This document shows, in pieces, positions 1 through 7,837 of a DNA stretch of 23,093 nt (position 1 is its first letter; every line of letters starts with the position of its first letter). The stretch comes from an uncultured archaeon. GTDB taxonomy: Archaea; Asgardarchaeota; Thorarchaeia; Thorarchaeales; Thorarchaeaceae. The stretch spans positions 1 through 23,093 of the forward strand of contig CAYHAA010000026.1 in assembly GCA_964354495.1 (NCBI GenBank), given 5' to 3'. A model generated the notes under the pieces. The model searched no databases and was not told the origin of the DNA. It saw only the letters and a program-made list of their open reading frames with translations. The position numbers were made by a program, and so were the translations under genes.

Positions 1-522
1 CTGTGGGACTTGGTCAATGATGGTTCTGTTCATCTTCTTCTTCGCAGACCGGCTCTCTTAGAACTGGCACGTAGACACGATCCTGATCTAATGGACTACT
101 GCGAACAGCTACTGAGCTCTAATGATTACGATGAGTGGCTCACAGGACTGACAACGTTGTCTGCCATTGGAACCCCCGATGCAGTTGACAGACTGATACT
201 AGACTATGCCCACTCCTTGAACGAAGATAGAAAGACGGTACTGTCCGTTGTGGCAAAGATACTCACTGCTGAACATGTGAGGCCATTCAGCATAATGGTA
301 CGAGACGTAGCAGTTCCAGGAGAGATTGATGTCACAGGCTGGACAAGGGTGGCCGTATCGACATTAGAGGATGCCTGCAAACGGTTCGGCGTTGAAACGG
401 TTTTAGTTGGCGAACTCACCCACTCATATGATGATAACAGCGTTGGAAGCATCAGCATTGATGGTTTCACATCACCCACCCCTACTGAAAAACAGGCTTA
501 CACGAAGCCTGTGAAACCGTAG
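1..522 (+). CDS. Hypothetical protein, 5'-truncated at the window edge; possibly a HEAT-like helical repeat
   Basis: Frame 1 is open from base 1 (CTG TGG GAC TTG...) to TAG at 520-522. The helical segment GLTTLSAIGTPDAVDRL is HEAT-like. No family recognised. Confidence 0.6.
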   Translation: MWDLVNDGSVHLLLRRPALLELARRHDPDLMDYCEQLLSSNDYDEWLTGLTTLSAIGTPDAVDRLILDYAHSLNEDRKTVLSVVAKILTAEHVRPFSIMVRDVAVPGEIDVTGWTRVAVSTLEDACKRFGVETVLVGELTHSYDDNSVGSISIDGFTSPTPTEKQAYTKPVKP

Positions 523-558
523 CCAGACCACATTCTATTAATCCGAAATCGTTGAGTT

Positions 559-2172
559 ATGTGTGCTATGACCGACCCTCACGACAAATATAGAGTCCAT
601 AGAGAGATAGTTGGGGCTCTACTCGAATCCACTGAACCTCTAAGTCGTAGAACGGTCAATAAGATCAAGAACCAAGTCTGTGCGAAATATCACTGTGAAA
701 AGACCCCCTCAAACGCTGATATTCTCGGGGCCACCGATTCTGAAGAGGCTGATCTTCTTCGACCATTTCTTCAGAAACGTCCAGTACGCACAGTTTCAGG
801 AGTAGCTGTCGTTGCGGCCATGACTCGGCCTTATGGATGTCCTCACGGAAGATGTGCATACTGCCCCGGCGGTCCGGAACAAGGAGTCCCTCAGAGCTAT
901 ACTGGGTATGAGCCTGCCACGATGAGAGGCATTCAGAACGAATTCGACCCCTATCGCCAAGTAGAGAGTAGACTGCGCCAGCTCAGGAATATCGGCCACA
1001 GCATAAACAAGGTCGAGCTGATAGTTATGGGAGGGGATTGGTGTTCGAAACCAAGAGAATACCAACACTTCTTTGTAAAGGGCTGCCTTGATGCAATGAA
1101 TGGGGTGGTCAGTGACAACCTAGAAACCTCGATGAAAATGAATGAGACTGCTGCGGTCCGTGATGTTGGTCTGACCTTTGAAACACGTCCAGATTGGGTG
1201 ACGCGCGCGAGCGTCGATGAGATGCTCGAGATAGGTGCAACGCGTGTTGAAATTGGGGTACAGACTCTCTCTGATGAGATACTCACGCTCGTGGAGCGAG
1301 GTCATGGCGTGGATGCCACGGTCAGAGCAACGAAGCTCCTTCGTGATAGCGGCCTCAAAGTATGCTATCATATGATGCCGGGCCTCCCGGGAGCCACTCC
1401 TGAAGACGACATCGAAACCTTCAAGCAGCTCTTTTCAGACCCCCGGTTTCGCCCCGACATGCTCAAAATCTATCCCACTATTGTCGTGAAGCACACGAAG
1501 CTGTATGAGTGGTGGCAGGCCGGGAAGTACACACCCTACACAAACGAGCAGGTAGTTTCAGTAATATCTGCTGCTGTGAGCTCCATGCCTGAATATGTGC
1601 GGATTCAGAGGATGCAGAGGGACATTCCCCTGCATCAGATAGAGGCCGGTCTAAATCAAGGTAACCTTCGCGAACTCGTCGATCGGCAGATGAGAGCCGC
1701 AGGTCTACGGGATCCAACGATTCGGCATCGGGAGATTGGCCATTTTCAGATGCGGTCCGACGAGCAGATAGACCTTGATAATATCCGACTAGTTCGTCGT
1801 GACTATGACGCGTCTGATGGCAAGGAAATCTTTGTTTCCTTTGAAGACCCGGATCTGGATGTGTTGTTTGGTTTCATCCGTCTTCGTGTGCCGAGTGAAG
1901 CTGCTCACAGACCTGAGATTGTCGAGAAACCGTCTGTCATCATTCGTGAACTGAGAGTATACGGCCCTGTCGTCGACATTGGCCATAGAGATGCGGATGC
2001 ATGGCAGCACCTCGGACTGGGTGAGAAGATGATTGCTGCTGCTGAAGAGATTGCTCGTACTGAATTCCATGCCTCCCGGATTCTTGTCAACAGTGGCATA
2101 GGCGTCAAAGAATACTATCGTGGACTGGGTTTTGTTGACAGAGGTCCTTATCTTCAGAAGAAAAGTGCTTAG
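559..2172 (+). CDS. elp3: Elp3 tRNA U34 carboxymethyltransferase (radical SAM + GNAT acetyltransferase)
   Basis: CPHGRCAYCPGG Fe-S motif, QSYTGYEP, ETRPD, RVEIGVQT and LKIYPT, plus the C-terminal GNAT region (IRELRVYG, QHLGLG, SGIGVKEYYRGLGF). 537 aa. Confidence 0.97.
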   Translation: MCAMTDPHDKYRVHREIVGALLESTEPLSRRTVNKIKNQVCAKYHCEKTPSNADILGATDSEEADLLRPFLQKRPVRTVSGVAVVAAMTRPYGCPHGRCAYCPGGPEQGVPQSYTGYEPATMRGIQNEFDPYRQVESRLRQLRNIGHSINKVELIVMGGDWCSKPREYQHFFVKGCLDAMNGVVSDNLETSMKMNETAAVRDVGLTFETRPDWVTRASVDEMLEIGATRVEIGVQTLSDEILTLVERGHGVDATVRATKLLRDSGLKVCYHMMPGLPGATPEDDIETFKQLFSDPRFRPDMLKIYPTIVVKHTKLYEWWQAGKYTPYTNEQVVSVISAAVSSMPEYVRIQRMQRDIPLHQIEAGLNQGNLRELVDRQMRAAGLRDPTIRHREIGHFQMRSDEQIDLDNIRLVRRDYDASDGKEIFVSFEDPDLDVLFGFIRLRVPSEAAHRPEIVEKPSVIIRELRVYGPVVDIGHRDADAWQHLGLGEKMIAAAEEIARTEFHASRILVNSGIGVKEYYRGLGFVDRGPYLQKKSA

Positions 2173-2242
2173 CTCCGGATGCCCGTCGATTAGAACACAT
2201 GTTCCGAATATTGAGCAAAGCAGCTAAAGTTAGAGATGGAAC

Positions 2243-3019
2243 CTAATCGATTCTGTAGATGGCAACGTTCGGGTGCTCCAGAAACTCCCATTTCCCATGG
2301 ACACCGGCCGAGAGAGCTCCAAGCTCTATGTGTAGCATTGCAATGCCACAATCAAGTCTTCTTGAAACGCCGAAATCAAGTCTTCTATTGTCAGCTGAAA
2401 CCATAATTGAGCTCTCTCCAATCTCAAGTCTCCATGGTTGCCTGTTCGCTGCTGAAGGTGCTAACCTAGCCGCCTCAATTGCTGGTTTAGTCCAGCTGTT
2501 CCCTTTAAAGTCACCACTCACGATGAGTCTGTTGAGATCCCTCCTCTTGTGAACCTTAGTGGAAACGCCTACTCTATCAATCTCGTCTTTCGAGTATCCG
2601 ATGGGCGTGACAGCTAGTACCTGTTCATTGTTCTGCAGATCAATCTGCCCTGCGACAGTATCACGGCGGAAGAAACCCCCCACCCAGCATGTATTGAGGC
2701 CAAGGACTGTTGCCTCAAGGATGATTCCCTCTCCGAGGTATCCTGTGACCTCTTGGACAGTAGGCTCTCTCATATCGCCAATGAATGCCACATAATACGG
2801 TGCATCTGTGACTTTGAAATATGAACCAATGATTCCCCTGAATACATCCTCTCCTGGTTGTTTCACAAGAACAGCTCTGGCACCAGAGAATGGTTGAAAA
2901 TCATTACACACCATGTCCAGTCTATTCACTAACTCTTCATCTGGTTTCTCTCCAGAGTATCTTCTCTGAGAATGCCTTAGGTAAATCGCATCGAACCAAG
3001 AATCTACAGGGATGTCCAC
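2243..3019 (-). CDS. Nitroreductase-family flavoprotein
   Basis: RHSQRRY FMN-binding start, LGLNTCWVGG, ARLAPSAANRQPW and DCGIAMLHIEL. Confidence 0.9.
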   Translation of the reverse strand: MDIPVDSWFDAIYLRHSQRRYSGEKPDEELVNRLDMVCNDFQPFSGARAVLVKQPGEDVFRGIIGSYFKVTDAPYYVAFIGDMREPTVQEVTGYLGEGIILEATVLGLNTCWVGGFFRRDTVAGQIDLQNNEQVLAVTPIGYSKDEIDRVGVSTKVHKRRDLNRLIVSGDFKGNSWTKPAIEAARLAPSAANRQPWRLEIGESSIMVSADNRRLDFGVSRRLDCGIAMLHIELGALSAGVHGKWEFLEHPNVAIYRID

Positions 3020-3106
3020 TGATATTCACCAAGTGATGAGATATGGAAGCTAAGAGATTAGTGTCTGCTATTGCGGCAAAATGAGTCCTGTTTCAATCAT
3101 CTCCGC

Positions 3107-3114
3107 TATAATAA
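3107..3114 (+). promoter_or_regulatory. Putative TATA box for the thiolase gene
   Basis: TATAATAA about 35 nt upstream of the ATG at 3149, in the divergent intergenic region. Confidence 0.4.
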
Positions 3115-3148
3115 AGAGTTAAGAATAGGGAGTCCTACAGAAAAGAGT

Positions 3149-4429
3149 ATGAAAGGCCTGAAAGATGTATGGTTGGTTGACTATGCGCGTACCCCATTCT
3201 CGCGGTCACGTCCTGAAAAGCCAGAAACTGATGTATTTGGTGAGATCAGGGGAGACGAGCTCCTCGCGCGATTGCTCATGAAGTTCTTCGACGGATCATT
3301 AGCGAAAAAAGGAATTGAGAAGAAAGACATAGAAGAGATCACTGTCGGGGTGGCTGCCGGAGTTCTTGAGAACTGGACCTACGGAGGGAAACTTCCCGCA
3401 ATCATGTCAGGATTTCCTCATCATGTGCCATCTCTCTTCATCGATCGCCAGTGTGGATCTGCAGGCTCTGGAATGCATATTGGCATCATGGAAATCATGA
3501 CAGGATTCAGCAAGATCGTGCTGTCTACTGGTTTTGAGCATATGACCCGAGTAAGAGGAAGAGGAGTCGAGCCCAACTATTCCATTGGTGATGAGAATTC
3601 GGAGTTCTACAGGCCGGATATAGATCTCAATACGATGTTCAACATGCTACAGACCGCCCAGAAACTATACGAGGAAGAGGTTCCTACTTTCACCAAGGAG
3701 GACATGGACAAATTCGGTGTCAGAAGTCATAATTTGACCATCAAGAATCAAGAAGCTGGATGGTTCAAAGGCGAGATTATACCTCTACTAGGACACACCT
3801 CGGGTAATATTGCTGAACCCATGGTAGTGGATAGAGATATGAACGCCAGGGCATCAACACTTGAGAAGGTCTCGACCCTGCCAAGAATATCGACACCATT
3901 CTATCTTGACAAGAATGGTGGGAAAGAGGGCTATATCAAACGAGAGGGGACAGCTGAGGGAGTCATTACGGCAGGCAATGCCTCGCCACTCAATGCGGGC
4001 GCCACTGCCGCAGTTCTTATGGAGGCAAAGGAGGCAGAGAAGAGGGGCATAGAGCCTATGGCACGGATCGTTTCCATGGGTTGGGCTGGAGTCGACCCCA
4101 CAGTCATGGGTCGTGGGCCTGTGCCGGCCACCAAGAAAGCCCTAAAGCATGCAGGACTAAACGTCGAGGACATTGACTACTGGGAGATAAATGAGGCCTT
4201 CAGTATTGTAGCCCTGAACTGCATGGACAAACTGAATATTCCTGAGGAGAAGGTGAATGTCATGGGGGGCTCCATCGCCATCGGACATCCTCTGGGTTCA
4301 ACCATGATTAGGTTGACCGGGACACTGGCAAGAACCCTCAAGGATAACAAGGCGAAATACGGGGTCGCCAATGCCTGTGTTGGTGGTGGACAGGGGGTTG
4401 CCACGGTCCTTGAGAACTTGAACGCATAA
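3149..4429 (+). CDS. Acetyl-CoA C-acyltransferase (thiolase)
   Basis: Catalytic motifs RQCGS, NEAF, GHPLG and CVGGGQG. Start moved from 3071 to the in-frame ATG at 3149 (MKGLKDVWLVDYARTPF), which matches typical thiolase N-termini. Confidence 0.95.
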   Translation: MKGLKDVWLVDYARTPFSRSRPEKPETDVFGEIRGDELLARLLMKFFDGSLAKKGIEKKDIEEITVGVAAGVLENWTYGGKLPAIMSGFPHHVPSLFIDRQCGSAGSGMHIGIMEIMTGFSKIVLSTGFEHMTRVRGRGVEPNYSIGDENSEFYRPDIDLNTMFNMLQTAQKLYEEEVPTFTKEDMDKFGVRSHNLTIKNQEAGWFKGEIIPLLGHTSGNIAEPMVVDRDMNARASTLEKVSTLPRISTPFYLDKNGGKEGYIKREGTAEGVITAGNASPLNAGATAAVLMEAKEAEKRGIEPMARIVSMGWAGVDPTVMGRGPVPATKKALKHAGLNVEDIDYWEINEAFSIVALNCMDKLNIPEEKVNVMGGSIAIGHPLGSTMIRLTGTLARTLKDNKAKYGVANACVGGGQGVATVLENLNA

Positions 4430-4462
4430 GAGAGTCCATTTTCAATCAGGACAGAGAAGTGA

Positions 4463-4485
4463 TGGCGCCGAGGACGAGATTTCAA
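4463..4485 (-). repeat. Displaced copy of the tRNA-Ser 3' end (att-like direct repeat)
   Basis: The minus strand reads TTGAAATCTCGTCCTCGGCGCCA. 4463-4482 matches 7184-7203 at 19/20 nt. There is no 5' T-stem or other tRNA portion upstream of it. Confidence 0.85.
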
Positions 4486-4680
4486 GCTGGCTAACATTTA
4501 TCTCAGAAACTAGTAGATATTCTAGGACGAATGCTTTCAGAAACAGAGTCAAGTCTGGTTTGAGAATGAATAATCACCTGTGAAAGAGCTGGTAGTTGAC
4601 CAACTTCGAGTTCTTCATTCTTACCTCTTGATTTCCCAGAATAGATATATTCGATTGCCATCTTTCCAAATACAGGGGCA

Positions 4681-6843
4681 ATGATAATGCTACGTGGTTC
4701 GCGTGCCTATCTTTTGTTTTTGTTAATTCTTGTTGTTTCACTTCTTTTTATACAAAAAGTGGACCCAGTATCGGACCAGACACTGTCTACTGAATATGAA
4801 ACTCCTGATTTCATCCCTGTGCTCTCTGAATATACCAACCATAGTCCAATAGAAATCTGGTCCAATCAGGACTTCGAGGATCAGGGTTGGCCTGGTAATG
4901 GGACTGCTGATAACCCCTACATCATCGAAGGCTTGAACATTACATCTGATGGGAGATGTATCACAGTTTTCGATACTACTGTCTACTATAGAATTACAAA
5001 CTGTCGCCTCTCATCATTCGGCGATCGTAGCAATGCTGGAATTCGAACTCAGAATGCCTCATATGGTTCCATTAGCAATTGCATCATTGATACGCATAGT
5101 GAAGGCATTCTCTTAGGAGAAAATTCAAATTACTGCAATGTGACCAACACGATTTGTTACAACAATCTGTTTCTTGGAATTCAGATCAATGGGGACCACT
5201 GCTTAGTCTGTAACAATACTTGCTTCGGCAATTTCATTGGGATTATCGCAGGTGGTAATCAGTACTGCATAGTCTATGAAAATAATTCAACTTTGAATCA
5301 TGGTGGAATTTCAGTATCTTCAAGTCAATTTACCTATGTCCACAACAACACGGTCGTTCGAAATTTCGAGCGCGGTCTACAGGTTGGTTTCTCTGAGTAT
5401 TGCATAATTGAGCAGAACTACGTTTTCAAGAGTGGTACTGACGGGATCTTTCTAGACCATGCAGAAAATTGTACATTCATCGAAAATACTGTCCTAAATA
5501 ACACTGAACGTGGATTCTATATTGAAGATACGATGTACTGCGAATTCCAGTCTAATCTTGCAGCAAACAATACATGGGAAGGTTTCTGGTTGTATGATTC
5601 TGATTCTAACACCTTTATAGAGAATACTGCAACCCAGAACTCAGGCGCAGGAATTGGTATGAATATATTCTGCTCCGGTAATAGAATGTATCTCAATGAG
5701 CTCAGTCTGAATATCATTAATAATGGTCAGGACTATTCAGGCGCAAACTATTGGGACGATGGAGTTTCAGTTGGAAATTACTGGGACGACTATAATGGGC
5801 GTGGATCTTATGCTGTGGGAGGATCAGGCGGCGCTTATGATAACTACCCCTTCTCCTTGGGCGTTATCCCTTACCTACAGCACCCAGAGGACATTGTTGT
5901 TGAGTACGGTTCCTCTAGCAATTCCATATTCTGGGATGCATATGATGTTGACCCGTCTACGTATCAGCTTTACATAGATGAGGTATTTCAGTTCTCAGAC
6001 GCTTGGAATGGTTCACCCATTGTCATAGACATTTATGGACAAGGAATTTCAAACCATAACTATACACTTGTTGTCGCGGATTCTCTAGGAAATTCGGCGA
6101 CTGATACAGTCTTTGTCACAGTACTTGATACAATTGTCCCCTCGATTGATGATCATTCCAATGTCGTTCTCGAGTATGGATCAACTGGTAACACGATAAC
6201 ATGGATCGCCAATGATCTTGATCCATCTAATTACGAGCTATATGTTAATGGAGAATTACAACTCACAGACACATGGAGCAATTCATCCATAAGCATCGAT
6301 ATCGATGATCTTGCGATCTCAGTCTACAATTTCACAATAGTAGTAGCAGATGGCTCAGGTAATTCTGCGTCTGACACCGTCCTTGTTACTGTACAGGACA
6401 CCATTTCACCCCTGGTCGAAAGCCCTTCTGACATTGAATTCGAAGAAGGAGAAACTGGACACAATATCACATGGGTTTCATTTGACCTAGACCCAGGGAC
6501 TTACATCATCTATAGAAATGCGGTAGCTATCGTAAATGAAGTCTGGAACACATCTCAAATCTCCATTTCATTAAACGGACTCTCTGCAGGAACATACAAT
6601 TTCACACTGGTATTGTTTGATAGTAGTGGTAATACCGCAGTGGACTATGTTATTGTGACAGTTGTCACTTCTACCTGCACATCATCAACAGCGACAAACC
6701 CACCCTCAACAACACCAACCAATCCTGACGAAGTCGATTCGCAAATGATTTTGGTGATAGCTGGACTAGGTAGCGTCATTGCGGTGGTTGCGGTCATCGT
6801 TGTCATTATGTTTAGGAAGGGAAAAGATGATGGCATGCCTTAA
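4681..6843 (+). CDS. Cell-surface protein: signal/anchor, NosD-like right-handed beta-helix, three Ig-like repeats, S/T linker, C-terminal TM anchor
   Basis: Hydrophobic N-terminus. Asn-ladder repeats (NxxxxNxxxGxxL). Three ~85-90 aa repeats ending GNSATDTVFVTV, GNSASDTVLVTV and GNTAVDYVIVTV. Then TSSTATNPPSTTPT, and a TM segment followed by RKGK. Confidence 0.85.
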   Translation: MIMLRGSRAYLLFLLILVVSLLFIQKVDPVSDQTLSTEYETPDFIPVLSEYTNHSPIEIWSNQDFEDQGWPGNGTADNPYIIEGLNITSDGRCITVFDTTVYYRITNCRLSSFGDRSNAGIRTQNASYGSISNCIIDTHSEGILLGENSNYCNVTNTICYNNLFLGIQINGDHCLVCNNTCFGNFIGIIAGGNQYCIVYENNSTLNHGGISVSSSQFTYVHNNTVVRNFERGLQVGFSEYCIIEQNYVFKSGTDGIFLDHAENCTFIENTVLNNTERGFYIEDTMYCEFQSNLAANNTWEGFWLYDSDSNTFIENTATQNSGAGIGMNIFCSGNRMYLNELSLNIINNGQDYSGANYWDDGVSVGNYWDDYNGRGSYAVGGSGGAYDNYPFSLGVIPYLQHPEDIVVEYGSSSNSIFWDAYDVDPSTYQLYIDEVFQFSDAWNGSPIVIDIYGQGISNHNYTLVVADSLGNSATDTVFVTVLDTIVPSIDDHSNVVLEYGSTGNTITWIANDLDPSNYELYVNGELQLTDTWSNSSISIDIDDLAISVYNFTIVVADGSGNSASDTVLVTVQDTISPLVESPSDIEFEEGETGHNITWVSFDLDPGTYIIYRNAVAIVNEVWNTSQISISLNGLSAGTYNFTLVLFDSSGNTAVDYVIVTVVTSTCTSSTATNPPSTTPTNPDEVDSQMILVIAGLGSVIAVVAVIVVIMFRKGKDDGMP

Positions 6844-6844
6844 A

Positions 6845-7152
6845 GCAAACATAGAGGCGTCTTTTCCAATCACTGTCCTGCATCACGAAGGCCACATGAC
6901 ACCGGGGACAGACCACCACCATCTCACCAGCAGCTAGGTCCTGCTTGCCAGCTCTGCGGAGGGTCTTCCATTGACCACCGTAGCTCCAGGAGGCTCGATC
7001 TCGACAACTTTAAACCCAATGAGCCGACCAGCAAGAGATACATCGAATTAATTGTCTTCCAATAATGGAGCTCCACTAAGATTCCATCTCAAATTATCTG
7101 TTAGACGATCAAAGTCAAAGTAGTGTTTGCTATCGACTGGTATTAAGACAGG
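6845..7152 (-). pseudogene. Degraded gene: CDC48 N-terminal subdomain 2-like region followed by a RING-like zinc-finger remnant
   Basis: Manual translation gives VLIPVDSKHYFDFDRLTDNLRWNLSGAPLLEDN*FDVSLAGRLIGFKVVEIEPPGATVV (TAA at 7050-7048). A shifted frame then gives KQDLAAGEMVVVCPRCHVAF, and another shift gives *LEKTPLC. No start codon after the tRNA. Confidence 0.55.
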
Positions 7153-7183
7153 TCAGCGATTATTTGTCAATCTAAGAGAGAAA

Positions 7184-7332
7184 TGGCGCCGAGGATGAGA
7201 TTTGTTCGATTCCACGAGATGTAGACTTCTTTGAACTCATGCGTGACAAGCACACCGGTTGCCTTGGATACCAGCTTCCGAAGAAACCGGTTTTCAAGAC
7301 CGGCGCCGTAATCCGAGCTTGGCTACCTCGGC
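7184..7332 (-). tRNA. tRNA-Ser (anticodon UGA) with two introns: 7261-7292 (32 nt, position 37/38) and 7202-7230 (29 nt, position 58/59); CCA encoded
   Basis: Acceptor stem GCCGAGG/CCTCGGC with discriminator G and CCA. Anticodon arm CCGGT-CTTGAAA-ACCGG. Variable arm T-GTG-CTTGT-CAC-GC. T arm ATGAG-TTCAAAT-CTCAT after splicing. Mature length 88 nt. Both introns are flanked by bulge-helix-bulge-type motifs. Confidence 0.93.
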
Positions 7333-7355
7333 CCAGCCTGCCTCCGTTGGAAACG

Positions 7356-7364
7356 CCTTTTAAG
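7356..7364 (-). promoter_or_regulatory. Putative TATA box for tRNA-Ser in the 65-bp divergent tRNA/archease spacer
   Basis: CTTAAAAGG on the minus strand ~25-30 nt upstream of the tRNA 5' end, preceded by a purine-rich BRE-like run. Confidence 0.45.
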
Positions 7365-7397
7365 CTTCTTGTCTTGAGTGCCATTGGCGACTAAAGA

Positions 7398-7829
7398 TTG
7401 GAAAGAGGATTCAGATTCCACGAGCACACGGCTGATATCATCATCGAGTGCTGGGCTCCATCCTTAGTGGAGGCTTTTGAGGAGGCTGCAAGAGCAACAT
7501 TTGAAGTAATCCTCGATCCAACGACAGTTGCCACATCAGAGACTGTTGAATTGTCTGTTCTAGGAATCGACCTGGAGGAGCTACTTGTCGAGTGGATTGG
7601 AACTCTCATCGCATTGATAGACATCAATGACCAATTCTACTCCAAGTTCGAGGTTGATGAGATCTCTCACGAATCAAACGGTTACAGTCTCAAAGGAAGA
7701 GCATTCGGCGAAAGGATTGACCATCATAGACATGTTACACGGACAGAGGTCAAGGCTATGACCTACGCTGACATGAAGATAATTGAGCGCACAGGTAAGA
7801 CAACACTCTGGTTCACTTTGGACCTTTAG
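7398..7829 (+). CDS. Archease (RtcB tRNA-ligase cofactor)
   Basis: N-terminal FHEHTADI and C-terminal EVKAMTY motifs. 143 aa, TTG start. Confidence 0.95.
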   Translation: MERGFRFHEHTADIIIECWAPSLVEAFEEAARATFEVILDPTTVATSETVELSVLGIDLEELLVEWIGTLIALIDINDQFYSKFEVDEISHESNGYSLKGRAFGERIDHHRHVTRTEVKAMTYADMKIIERTGKTTLWFTLDL

Positions 7830-7837
7830 GAGGGCAG

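Larger units (their letters stand above)
4463..7203. mobile_element. tRNA-Ser-anchored genomic island remnant (~2.7 kb, no integrase visible)
   Basis: Direct repeats of the tRNA 3' end at both ends, in the classical tRNA-island-att geometry. The cargo looks AT-richer (one 60-nt spot count: 22/60 GC at 5101 versus 30/60 at 1321) and includes a pseudogene. Confidence 0.65.

Noticed and set aside
4463-4560. 3' half of a split (trans-spliced) tRNA
   Set aside because: No leader complementary to a 5' half and no BHB-forming flank were seen. The neighbouring tRNA gene is already complete.
7245-7277. Alternative reading with the first tRNA intron in the variable arm (mature arm TTTC-TTCG-GAAA)
   Set aside because: No register gives a 4-bp central helix with correctly placed bulges. 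The 37/38 model gives CTTG/CAAG and a typical serine variable arm.
7294-7296. Possible tRNA-Sec or suppressor tRNA
   Set aside because: The anticodon is UGA (reads UCA, Ser), not UCA. The 7-bp acceptor and 5-bp T-stem are standard.
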